A stretch of 64,000 nucleotides of DNA from a phage, in the sequence record PZ445551.1. One strand, given 5' to 3'. The notes below the pieces were generated by a model. That model searched no databases and was not told the DNA's origin. It was given only the letters and a program-made list of their open reading frames with translations. Positions 19,273-27,963 of this stretch are shown piece by piece. Position 1 is the stretch's first letter. The number at the start of each line of letters is the position of its first letter. Both the position numbers and the translations under genes were made by a program.

Positions 19273-20376
19273 TTAAAGTAGACCACGTTTAACAGTTTGA
19301 ATCATACCATCTTCAAGAGATTGCACTTCTTGAATGTAATCAATACGCGCAGCACGGGCTTCAGTGTTTATTCGGTTAGTTTCTTCCAACATTTTAACTA
19401 AGTTTTCTTGATCGCGACGTAATGTTTCAATATCCAATACTTGACGATTAGCAAGTTGTGTAGCTTCAATTTGGTTTTGTGCAGCCAGATCACTACCCAT
19501 TGCAATAGCAGCATTAAATTCATTCAGCACATTGTTCTGTGTATCGGCTGCTTTCTTCTGGCGTAGACTTTCAATATACATAGAAAAGTTTGCAGAGTAA
19601 GCAGGGATAACATTATTCACAATATTACGGGCTGATCGCATCAAACTTGTAGATACTTTCTGCATACTTTGTACACGTGGCCCCATCTGAACACACAGTA
19701 AACGCAAGGCTTTCAGGTCTGCAATACGAATTTCAAGCAGATCCATAGTATCACGAGTACGTTGACGCTCTTCTACTTCATTTTCAGGTAGTGTATTAAG
19801 GCGAACTTCTTCTTTTTCATAAGTAGCTGTTAGAAGCTCTATATCCCTGTTTAAGCTAAGAGCATATTTTGCAATAGCCTCTTCTAAACGTTGCAGATAT
19901 CGTAAAGAATCTTCTTCTTTTTTCAAGTCTGTTTGTAGTGTCTTTACCAAACCTTCAATACGATTATTGATGGTGTCAAATTCACCAAACAAATCTTCTT
20001 TCATACCTAATACTTTCTTAACTAGTTTACCTAAGCCTTTAGATTGTTTAATAGAGTTAGGATCAAGTTGCTTTGCTTGCTTAATAAGTGCAGTTAAACG
20101 TTCACTCATTTCATCCCCCTGAGATGAACGCTGGTGTTTAAGCACTTCAGCATTAAGGTTACGAAGAGTAAGTCCTGCATCAGCACCAACTTGTTCAATC
20201 TCTTCACGAGACATTGGAGGCAGCATTTGTACAGGTCGTGCAACAGCAGGGGCATATACAGGGCTTGCATCCATAGCACTTGGAGCAAACAAAGACTTAC
20301 TTTTTTCTGTTGTTGCCGTGAATACACTCATTTCAGACGGTTTGCTTTTTACGGCACTGATAAAAGGACTGGACAT
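19273..20376 (-). CDS. TelA/KlaA-like toxic-anion-resistance family protein
   Basis: 367-aa, mostly alpha-helical, repeated heptad-like segments consistent with TelA; clusters with TerD, vWA and TerC. Confidence 0.6.
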   Translation of the reverse strand: MSSPFISAVKSKPSEMSVFTATTEKSKSLFAPSAMDASPVYAPAVARPVQMLPPMSREEIEQVGADAGLTLRNLNAEVLKHQRSSQGDEMSERLTALIKQAKQLDPNSIKQSKGLGKLVKKVLGMKEDLFGEFDTINNRIEGLVKTLQTDLKKEEDSLRYLQRLEEAIAKYALSLNRDIELLTATYEKEEVRLNTLPENEVEERQRTRDTMDLLEIRIADLKALRLLCVQMGPRVQSMQKVSTSLMRSARNIVNNVIPAYSANFSMYIESLRQKKAADTQNNVLNEFNAAIAMGSDLAAQNQIEATQLANRQVLDIETLRRDQENLVKMLEETNRINTEARAARIDYIQEVQSLEDGMIQTVKRGLL

Positions 20377-20444
20377 TCAATTTCCTCCATATTCTTTAGT
20401 AGATGGTGATACCTCTGTACCACCATCATAACACAAATTAAGTA

Positions 20445-21296
20445 TTAAACAAACATATCTAAATAATTTGTAGTAATAAATGCTCCATCTGCTTCCAGAT
20501 TAACATAACCAGTAGCATTAGTGGTTAAGAAATCCAGATCGAAGGACTCTTTAACACCCCGTACCTCAACACGAGAGATATCGAATACAGGTAGTGTAAC
20601 AGCCTCTTCGTGCAATACCGTACCTTTGTAGGTTGCCTTAATGATAAACTTGATATTACCCGTTCCAGCATCATACAAAACACTTTCAAACCCTTTGAGA
20701 GTATACTTATCACCAGAAGTGAAGTGCAAAGTTGCTTTGTTTACAGTACGTTTTTTACGAGGAGTTCCTTTCACACGTTTATGATCACTACGTTTTTTGT
20801 ATTTAGGAATGAATACAAACGATACATTGTGAAGAAAGGTATCAACATCAAGGATTTTAATATCCTCTGTTGCAGCAAATTTTGAAGTTGTTGCATCAAA
20901 ATGCTTTTCCCGGCGATCATACATAAAGATATCAAACCGATCTTCTAAATCAAACAAATTATGTATTTTAATTTCAGAATGCTTGCGCATTGCAGCAACC
21001 TTGAACTCTTCAAAACGTGGGTGTTCTACAAGTTCTTCAAGTTTTACACCAAAGACAGTATATTGCTTCGGAGTTTTTTCTGGTGTTGGCATTACAGAAG
21101 CATAATCACCGATTGCGCTTTTAAAGCAAAATTGTTCTTGACCTGTATTTTTACCAACGAATTTACAGTATTCGTCATCGTGCATACTTTCCTGGGTAGT
21201 ATCAACAAACTCAAAACCATCTTTATTCTTCTCAAGAATTTCTTGATTAAAGATCCAACCTTCCAGGCGATATACTTTACCAACTTCTAGTTTCAT
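20445..21296 (-). CDS. Hypothetical protein
   Basis: 283-aa ORF. Confidence 0.6.
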   Translation of the reverse strand: MKLEVGKVYRLEGWIFNQEILEKNKDGFEFVDTTQESMHDDEYCKFVGKNTGQEQFCFKSAIGDYASVMPTPEKTPKQYTVFGVKLEELVEHPRFEEFKVAAMRKHSEIKIHNLFDLEDRFDIFMYDRREKHFDATTSKFAATEDIKILDVDTFLHNVSFVFIPKYKKRSDHKRVKGTPRKKRTVNKATLHFTSGDKYTLKGFESVLYDAGTGNIKFIIKATYKGTVLHEEAVTLPVFDISRVEVRGVKESFDLDFLTTNATGYVNLEADGAFITTNYLDMFV

Positions 21297-21331
21297 CTGT
21301 TTCTCCTTCTTATTTAATCTGTATTAAATTA

Positions 21332-21922
21332 TTAACGACGACGTGAGCTACTAAAACTACGTTTCGACGAAGAATAACTTTTCGAAGACTTACTATAAGA
21401 GCTAATAGGGCTTGAGTAAGACTTACGAGCAGAGTAATTACTATTCACTTTTGTTGTTGATGGGCGTGAATACGTTTGTACACTTTGCTGCTTAATTGTG
21501 TTTTGTTTAGTGGTTGTATATGTATTTCCTTGTTTATCATAAAAACTATGCTTTTGTGTTGTATATGCTTTACTATTAGTTGTAGGAGCAGCGTTGTTAT
21601 TGATAATTGTTGTATTGCTACCGCCATCTCTATAACCACCACCGCCACTATTACCACTCAACATATGACCAAGGAGCATACCTGTAGCAAATTCACCTAC
21701 ACCAGAAGAACCACTACCGCCTCCTTGCACAACAACTGTTGAAGGTTGTGCAGGTGCTGCTTGAACAACTTGAGGTGCAGGTTGATTTACATATTGTTCA
21801 TCTACCATCTGATTTGGTGTTTGTTGGTAACGTTGATTTTGTACATTTTCAGAATCATCACAACCTACCAGCAATACACTACCTAAAACAACTGCAACAA
21901 TAAAAGATTTAATGTTTTTCAT
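21332..21922 (-). CDS. Lipoprotein with Gly-rich middle and Ser/Tyr/Lys-rich C-terminus
   Basis: Signal peptide with lipobox LLVGC after start MKNIKSF; low-complexity tail SYSKSSKSYSSSKRS. Confidence 0.55.
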   Translation of the reverse strand: MKNIKSFIVAVVLGSVLLVGCDDSENVQNQRYQQTPNQMVDEQYVNQPAPQVVQAAPAQPSTVVVQGGGSGSSGVGEFATGMLLGHMLSGNSGGGGYRDGGSNTTIINNNAAPTTNSKAYTTQKHSFYDKQGNTYTTTKQNTIKQQSVQTYSRPSTTKVNSNYSARKSYSSPISSYSKSSKSYSSSKRSFSSSRRR

Positions 21923-22115
21923 TTGTAACCCTCTCATTTAAAGTCTCAACACAATTTTTAAAATCCCTAGAGAAACAATACATCTGTTCTCCGTTCCTGT
22001 TGATAGTAATTGTATGGTTATCAATATATGTTGTCAAGATAAAAATCAAACAAAACAACCCTAGAGCAAAACAAATATTTTCAAACAGAATCCAAAGAAC
22101 ACGTAAAACCACCAT
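21909..22115 (-). CDS. Small membrane protein
   Basis: 68-aa hydrophobic ORF; SD GAGGTGA upstream. Confidence 0.45.
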   Translation of the reverse strand: MVVLRVLWILFENICFALGLFCLIFILTTYIDNHTITINRNGEQMYCFSRDFKNCVETLNERVTNEKH

Positions 22116-22127
22116 CAGATCACCTCA

Positions 22128-22150
22128 ATAAAGCCCCCGAAGGGGCTTAA
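22128..22150 (-). terminator. Intrinsic terminator (GCCCC-UUCG-GGGGC + UUUAUU)
   Basis: Stem-loop plus U-rich tract on the minus strand after the TerC gene. Confidence 0.5.
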
Positions 22151-22166
22151 TGAATTAAGCAACAGC

Positions 22167-23132
22167 CTAGTCTTCTTTTTCAGGGAAGATTAAACTTGCA
22201 ATAACACCCAGCCCAAGAGTACCTAACACAATATACATACTGATCGTCGGATCAATGTGTGCTGGCAGGAAACTCACTTTTGCGTGCAGAGTTTCTGCAA
22301 ACGGGTGATACATCAGTTTTACACCCACAAATACCAGGACTACGATAACTGCTTTCTCCAGATGAACCAAATACTTCAGTGCAACACTAAGAACAAAGAA
22401 CAGAGCACGTAAACCTAAGATTGCACAGAGCATCGAAGAGAACACCAGCAGAGGTTCTTGTGTCACTGCAATTACTGCTGGAACAGAGTCTACTGCAAAG
22501 ATTACGTCAACCATTTCCATTACAAACACACAAACCAGAGCCGGAGTTGCTACACGAACACCATTTTTGATTGTGAAGAACTTCTCACCATCCATCTGAT
22601 CAGATACAGGGAACAGCTTACGAACAATGCGAGTAGCCCAGTGTTTAGAGTAATCAACTTCTGCATCATTATCTCCAGCGAATACCATTTTAGCCGCACA
22701 GAAAAGGATGACAGCACCGAAGAAGATATTAACATACCAGCCCAAACTCAACAAGTAAGTACCTACTGCTACAAACACACCTCGGAAGACAATCGCACCT
22801 GCAATACCCCAAAGTAGAATCTTGTGTTGCAAGTGTGTGCTTTTAATACCAAAACTTGCGAATACTGCCACAAATACTACTAAGTTATCTACAGAAAGAG
22901 ATTTCTCCAACACATACCCACTCAAGAACAAGCTCGCAAAATCAGCACCGTGTTGGAAGTATACAAAACCATAGTAGGCTAATGATACCCCAATCCAGAA
23001 AATTGACCAACCAACTGCCGATTTAAATGAAATCTCTTTGTTTTCTCTGTGTCCAAAGAAATCAATACAAATCGACAACACTAAAATACCCACTAAAACA
23101 ACCACATCAATAATTGGGAAACCCAGTTGCAT
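22167..23132 (-). CDS. TerC-family integral membrane protein
   Basis: Multi-pass membrane protein with TerC signatures (EKSLSVDNLVVF, DSVPAVIAVTQ, ILGLRALFF). Confidence 0.85.
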   Translation of the reverse strand: MQLGFPIIDVVVLVGILVLSICIDFFGHRENKEISFKSAVGWSIFWIGVSLAYYGFVYFQHGADFASLFLSGYVLEKSLSVDNLVVFVAVFASFGIKSTHLQHKILLWGIAGAIVFRGVFVAVGTYLLSLGWYVNIFFGAVILFCAAKMVFAGDNDAEVDYSKHWATRIVRKLFPVSDQMDGEKFFTIKNGVRVATPALVCVFVMEMVDVIFAVDSVPAVIAVTQEPLLVFSSMLCAILGLRALFFVLSVALKYLVHLEKAVIVVLVFVGVKLMYHPFAETLHAKVSFLPAHIDPTISMYIVLGTLGLGVIASLIFPEKED

Positions 23133-23150
23133 TCTTTTCTCCTCTTTAAT

Positions 23151-23169
23151 GCGGAGGACAATCCTCCGC
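23151..23169. other. Palindromic stem-loop (GCGGAGGA-caa-TCCTCCGC) upstream of the TerC RBS
   Basis: Perfect 8-bp stem in the intergenic region. Confidence 0.4.
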
Positions 23170-23209
23170 TCTATGTCTTATACTATAAACTGTTTTTAAA
23201 GAAAGTCAA

Positions 23210-23458
23210 CTAGTTCAGTTCTGTAATTTTAAGTTTATCTTCTTTGTTAATGATAGGGAAAGCTACAGCATCACCTACGTCATCAATAAAGCAAATAGCA
23301 ATACCACCTTCCACTTTGCTAATCTGACCATTAAAGGCGTGATACGGGGCAGGAACTTGATCTCCATCTTCAAGGAGAATAGCCTCGTAAACCTTGCCGA
23401 TAGTACAATCACGAGTGTTTCTAAATTTTTCAAGCACTTCAACATTTACTTTACGCAT
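23210..23458 (-). CDS. Hypothetical protein
   Basis: 82-aa ORF. Confidence 0.5.
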   Translation of the reverse strand: MRKVNVEVLEKFRNTRDCTIGKVYEAILLEDGDQVPAPYHAFNGQISKVEGGIAICFIDDVGDAVAFPIINKEDKLKITELN

Positions 23459-23472
23459 ATAAAAATCCTCTC

Positions 23473-23679
23473 TTATTTGTTAGATTGAAAGATACCACGA
23501 AGTACCGCAAGAATGAACGTCACACAGACTACACTCCAAAACGTTACAGGAACATGATGCCAGTCTAAGCCGATAATGTCAATCATATAGTTGTATGCTA
23601 AAAGCAGTAGCCAACTAGGGATTAACACAATCAAGAACACAACAATAAAACAACCTAATACTGCTAAAACACCTGCCAT
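23473..23679 (-). CDS. Small membrane protein
   Basis: 68-aa ORF with two hydrophobic helices. Confidence 0.5.
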   Translation of the reverse strand: MAGVLAVLGCFIVVFLIVLIPSWLLLLAYNYMIDIIGLDWHHVPVTFWSVVCVTFILAVLRGIFQSNK

Positions 23680-23688
23680 ACTTTCTCC

Positions 23689-24405
23689 TTATTTCAGTTT
23701 GTAAACAATTACATTTAAACCTTTGTTTACTAGAGTTTCTTCGATCATAAGTTTTACAATATTCCAAGAACCTCCAGCCAAACCACAACCAAGCATTGGT
23801 AAACCTACAATTTTACCGCCTGAAGATACAACATCGTCTCCCATACTATCTAACGCATTATAGATAGCTTCATAATTCAGGTCACGCTTACCTTCCTCAC
23901 GACGACTATAACCATATTGTCCATATAAATTATAAATTGTCAAATTGTTTTCTGTATACTTGGTAAACGTACCTAATTTTTTATAATCACCACGTTTAGT
24001 GGCACAGTCTGCTTTAAACGCCCCAGGCCACTTACTTTTAATTTTTGGTGCAATACCACTACCCATAGTGCAAAAACAGTTACAGCAGTGTGCTATAGCG
24101 TCTATATCGCCTCTCTCGGCTGCTGCTAAAAGATCACCGTATACCTCAATGATACCTGCTGGATAACTTGTTACAATTTCATCTTCCCAGTACATTTTCT
24201 CTACACCACCGATCAGTGCAAAGTTTTGTGTAATGCGATCATCAATATAGTTAAGACCTGAAACATACACAGCATATTCATCCTGTGCTGTAATACCTTG
24301 TACACGAATTCTTAAGACACCATCTTTATCTGTTGCTACACGCCCAAAATCTTTTTCTGTAATATTGGTGATAGGATCTCCGAAAGTCATTACTTTATTA
24401 GACAT
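23689..24405 (-). CDS. Macro-domain protein of the TARG1/DarG type (ADP-ribose hydrolase) with an N-terminal extension
   Basis: C-terminal half matches TARG1/DarG macro signatures (AHCCNCFCTMGSGIA ... LGCGLAGGSW ... VIVYK); start at ATG 24405 with SD AGGGG. Confidence 0.65.
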   Translation of the reverse strand: MSNKVMTFGDPITNITEKDFGRVATDKDGVLRIRVQGITAQDEYAVYVSGLNYIDDRITQNFALIGGVEKMYWEDEIVTSYPAGIIEVYGDLLAAAERGDIDAIAHCCNCFCTMGSGIAPKIKSKWPGAFKADCATKRGDYKKLGTFTKYTENNLTIYNLYGQYGYSRREEGKRDLNYEAIYNALDSMGDDVVSSGGKIVGLPMLGCGLAGGSWNIVKLMIEETLVNKGLNVIVYKLK

Positions 24406-25255
24406 AATAATCCCCTTTAACATTAGATTTGTCGATAATGTTGCTTTCAAAAAATTGACGTAAGAAATCAAAATTCTCTTTGTATTTTTCAATATTATTG
24501 TAACCTTCTGCAAGGCAACCAAAGAACAGTTGTTCTACATAATACAAAGGAAGTTGTGAAAGTGCAATTTTAAAGTCAACTTCGCTTTGACTCATTAGAT
24601 ACTTAATAGGACGAACCAAACATTTAGCATCAGTTTCTTGCTTAATCATTTTAATAAAAGCTGCCAGATTATTAATATAGTTGAAGTTAAGTGCAGCTTC
24701 GGTATTGGCTTCTGTACCTTCATACTTTGCAAAGTACAGGAAAAACGTATCGTTTTCAACACCTTCTTTGTCTAAAATTTCAATAAGTTTTTCTTCGTGT
24801 GTTCCTGTAATATTAACATCATCAATGAAAATCAGAGTTTTATTACCCCAGAAATCACGATTGATAGAGAAAGTGTCACCATCGATCAAAGCCTTACGAT
24901 CTTCTTTGCTAAGAAATCCATAATCATTGATATAGCTCACTTTACGATGAACGATATCCCACTCCACTGCTTTACCTCCTTTGATAGAGATTAGGTAGTT
25001 GATGTGATCTACAAAATGTTCAGATAACACTGTAGCTGCATTTTTCACATAGTTATATGGAGATGGAATAACAACAAAACTTTCATTTACCAGTCGTTCT
25101 TCATACTTAGAAAAGAAACTTTCAGCCAGAATGCGCCCCATTCTTTTTGCTGCCTGGTTACTACCAAACTTTAACTTGGAATAATCTGCAATGTTAAATT
25201 TTGCTTCCTTCAGGTTAGTAAAAGTATTAGCAAAATGTTGAATTTGATTACGCAT
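24398..25255 (-). CDS. Phosphoribosyltransferase (PRTase type I) domain protein
   Basis: PRPP-binding motif TLIFIDDVNITGTHEEK; 285 aa. Confidence 0.7.
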   Translation of the reverse strand: MRNQIQHFANTFTNLKEAKFNIADYSKLKFGSNQAAKRMGRILAESFFSKYEERLVNESFVVIPSPYNYVKNAATVLSEHFVDHINYLISIKGGKAVEWDIVHRKVSYINDYGFLSKEDRKALIDGDTFSINRDFWGNKTLIFIDDVNITGTHEEKLIEILDKEGVENDTFFLYFAKYEGTEANTEAALNFNYINNLAAFIKMIKQETDAKCLVRPIKYLMSQSEVDFKIALSQLPLYYVEQLFFGCLAEGYNNIEKYKENFDFLRQFFESNIIDKSNVKGDYYV

Positions 25256-25904
25256 TAATAAGTTCCTCTTTTTTAAGTTTAGCCAACAAGTCTTCTGGAT
25301 TAATAATATGACAGAACTTCATCCCTATGTCAACAGCTTTTCCATCATAAATCAAACTATCTCCAACGTGTAAAATCTCCTCTGGTGCGAGATCAAACGT
25401 CACCATTTCATCAAAAGAGAGTTTAAAAAACCTAGGATCTGGTTTACACAAGCAAAACTCGTCAGAAAAATGCATAAAGTCGAATGGTAATTTTGTTAAA
25501 CCAGAATATACAGCTAAGAAACTACCTGGTACAAAATTAGTATTACTCTTAATACTCAAAGAGTAGGTTGAACTTAGCTCTTCCAACTTCTTGCAAAGTT
25601 CAGGATTCAATGTTGGAGGATGTTTTATAAACATTGCTAAACAGTCTCTTTTTAACCCATCCACTTTATCAAGATCAATGTTCAAATGAGCAGAAAGTGT
25701 TACCCAAGCATCCTTAGACGTTCCACAAATGCCTTTTTCTGCTTTTAAATCCAAGAGAGTTTTTACCTCTTTATATACGGTAGCTGCTTCTGCCTCAGAA
25801 CAAGAGGCATACTCGGCAATAACCTTGTTGCGCTCTTCTGCATACAAAGGGTTAGCAGTAATAAGAGTATTCCATACATCAAAAGAAATATGCTTAACAG
25901 TCAT
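25248..25904 (-). CDS. HAD-superfamily hydrolase (haloacid-dehalogenase-like phosphatase)
   Basis: Motif I ISFDVWNTL and motif IV HVGDSLIYDG; start at ATG 25904 with SD GGAGG. Confidence 0.65.
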   Translation of the reverse strand: MTVKHISFDVWNTLITANPLYAEERNKVIAEYASCSEAEAATVYKEVKTLLDLKAEKGICGTSKDAWVTLSAHLNIDLDKVDGLKRDCLAMFIKHPPTLNPELCKKLEELSSTYSLSIKSNTNFVPGSFLAVYSGLTKLPFDFMHFSDEFCLCKPDPRFFKLSFDEMVTFDLAPEEILHVGDSLIYDGKAVDIGMKFCHIINPEDLLAKLKKEELINA

Positions 25905-26073
25905 TTTTAATCCTCCGTCCAAAAGAATATCATCTGCTTAATTTTATTGATTTCTTGATGTAGTAACTTTCCAGCATGTGATTGATCTTTAATATTGACA
26001 GCAAGAATTTCAAGTTCCGTTAGTTTTTCTTGGATAGTTTTATATTCATCATCTGTAAGCATTTTCTTCCCCT

Positions 26074-26277
26074 TTAGAATGGTAATCTTTGTATGTCACT
26101 TATCCCCACACCAAGAAGTCTAGCAATATCCTTATCTAAAAGCAACTCTTTTTGTTCTAAAATGTTAATCAGATCTCCTAATACTTCTTTAATGTCACGA
26201 TCATTTTTAGCAACGTGACCACCTGCTGTATCAACTTTATCTTTAAAAACAAAGTAATGATCCATAATACCCTCCAT
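26074..26277 (-). CDS. Hypothetical small protein
   Basis: 67-aa ORF; SD GGAGG upstream. Confidence 0.5.
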   Translation of the reverse strand: MEGIMDHYFVFKDKVDTAGGHVAKNDRDIKEVLGDLINILEQKELLLDKDIARLLGVGISDIQRLPF

Positions 26278-26282
26278 ATAAA

Positions 26283-26306
26283 TAAAGGAGGCTTTCGCCT
26301 CCTTTT
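26283..26306 (-). terminator. Intrinsic terminator (AAGGAGGC-gaaa-GCCTCCTT + U-rich)
   Basis: Perfect 8-bp stem with GNRA-type loop after the ATPase gene. Confidence 0.5.
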
Positions 26307-26311
26307 ATCAC

Positions 26312-27472
26312 TTAGTAAGAACGACCACCAAACACATACTCTGTGTAGTTTTTACGTTCTTTGTTTTTAATAACAACTTCAATGTTGTTGCCTTTATCAT
26401 CGGTGAACACAAAGTGATAACCGTCACCACCCATTGTACGGATGTGTTTTTCATCATACGTCAGCAAGATACGGTCTACACCCCAGTAGTAGTCACCTTC
26501 TTCATCTTTGTCTTCTACTGTAACGACTCCTTCCATTTCAGGAAGATGCTCTTCTCCTGACTTATGATCTACAGCTACAACATAACGATTACCGCTAAAC
26601 AAACCTTGTGCTGTCATACCGTCAATATCGGTATCTGACGAAACATCTCCTGTACGATCTACACCGTTAACTTTCAGGAGTTTAACTTCTTTTGCAGCAT
26701 AGCGGTGTTCAGTGATACTGATACCCATTAATGCAAGTGCATCAGAGAATTTGTCATTAGGGTAACGGTTAAGTTCTTCTACTAATGACTGAACAATATC
26801 AAAGTTCAAGTCCACGGACAGATTATAAAGCGTTTCAAAATCTGGTAAAAAGGCTTTGTTCTCCAGATTTTTAGCCAGATAATCATCCATAGTAGCTTTA
26901 GGTAGTTTCTTATAGCTAAAACTGTAGAAAATACGGCTAGGACGATTACGCAAAAATTCTGATACATAACCATCATTTTTAGTCAATACAAACAGCTTGT
27001 CGTAGCCACCAACACCATCCAGCAGGGTAAGCAAACCATCTTGTGCATCTTTTTCAGCATACAGTTTATCAAATTCATCGATCATAATCATCACAGGTTG
27101 TGTGATTTTAGACATAAAATTGATAAAGCCTTCACCATTAAAAGCACTACCGATAGAAATAGTAGGAATACCCATTTCACGAAGAGCAGAAGACAGCATT
27201 TTAGCTTGCAAAGTTTTACCGCTACCTTTCGTACCCTCAAGGAGAACACCTGTGTTTTTACCTTTGCGGCTAAGGAACGTCTTGATAATACGTTCTGATT
27301 TATCATCAGTATCACCGTATGTTACTGAAGGGACTTCCATATCGTTTTTAGGATACAGGAAGAACTCACCACTTTGAGTAACACCTACACCAAAAGTTCC
27401 TGCTGGAATTTCTTCGATATCTGTACCAGACTTCTGACGCAGGAAGATTTGATTGCCGAATACTGTAAACAT
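26312..27472 (-). CDS. P-loop NTPase (AAA-like ATPase), paralog of 41452-42579
   Basis: Walker A GTKGSGKT, Walker B IMIDEFDK; long collinear similarity to the plus-strand paralog. Confidence 0.8.
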   Translation of the reverse strand: MFTVFGNQIFLRQKSGTDIEEIPAGTFGVGVTQSGEFFLYPKNDMEVPSVTYGDTDDKSERIIKTFLSRKGKNTGVLLEGTKGSGKTLQAKMLSSALREMGIPTISIGSAFNGEGFINFMSKITQPVMIMIDEFDKLYAEKDAQDGLLTLLDGVGGYDKLFVLTKNDGYVSEFLRNRPSRIFYSFSYKKLPKATMDDYLAKNLENKAFLPDFETLYNLSVDLNFDIVQSLVEELNRYPNDKFSDALALMGISITEHRYAAKEVKLLKVNGVDRTGDVSSDTDIDGMTAQGLFSGNRYVVAVDHKSGEEHLPEMEGVVTVEDKDEEGDYYWGVDRILLTYDEKHIRTMGGDGYHFVFTDDKGNNIEVVIKNKERKNYTEYVFGGRSY

Positions 27473-27492
27473 AGTTTTCTCCTCTATTTAAT

Positions 27493-27963
27493 TTAGTCAG
27501 ATTCCCAAATGTTGTCTTTCTTAACCCACATTCGTTGATTATCTGAACCTCTATAACGTTTCGTTGTTGGTTGATTCATATCATACTTACCATCTATCAC
27601 TATGTCAACCAGTTTTTTAATTTTTTCTGGAATTTCTTCAAAAAGATATCCTGTATATAAGACAATATCTTTTTTGTTTCCAAAACAATCTCTTACCTTT
27701 TCAAGAACATACTCTACAGTGTCAATGTTCTCTTTGTCAAGAGGTTCACCACCTAAAACTGTTAATCCTTTAATGAAAGGTCGAGATAAATCTTTCAAGA
27801 TAAGATCTAATGTTTCAGTAGTGAACTCTTGTCCGTAGTTATACGACCAGGCTTTCTGGTTAAAGCAGCCACGGCAACCGTGGCTACAACCGCTCACCCA
27901 CAAAGAGCATCTTACACCGTCACCGTTGAGCATGTCAACAGGTTCATATCCGGCGTAATTCAA
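27493..27963 (-). CDS. nrdG: Anaerobic ribonucleoside-triphosphate reductase activating protein (radical SAM)
   Basis: Cys cluster CSLWVSGCSHGCRGCFN; lies immediately downstream of nrdD with a 4-nt overlap. Confidence 0.85.
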   Translation of the reverse strand: MNYAGYEPVDMLNGDGVRCSLWVSGCSHGCRGCFNQKAWSYNYGQEFTTETLDLILKDLSRPFIKGLTVLGGEPLDKENIDTVEYVLEKVRDCFGNKKDIVLYTGYLFEEIPEKIKKLVDIVIDGKYDMNQPTTKRYRGSDNQRMWVKKDNIWESD

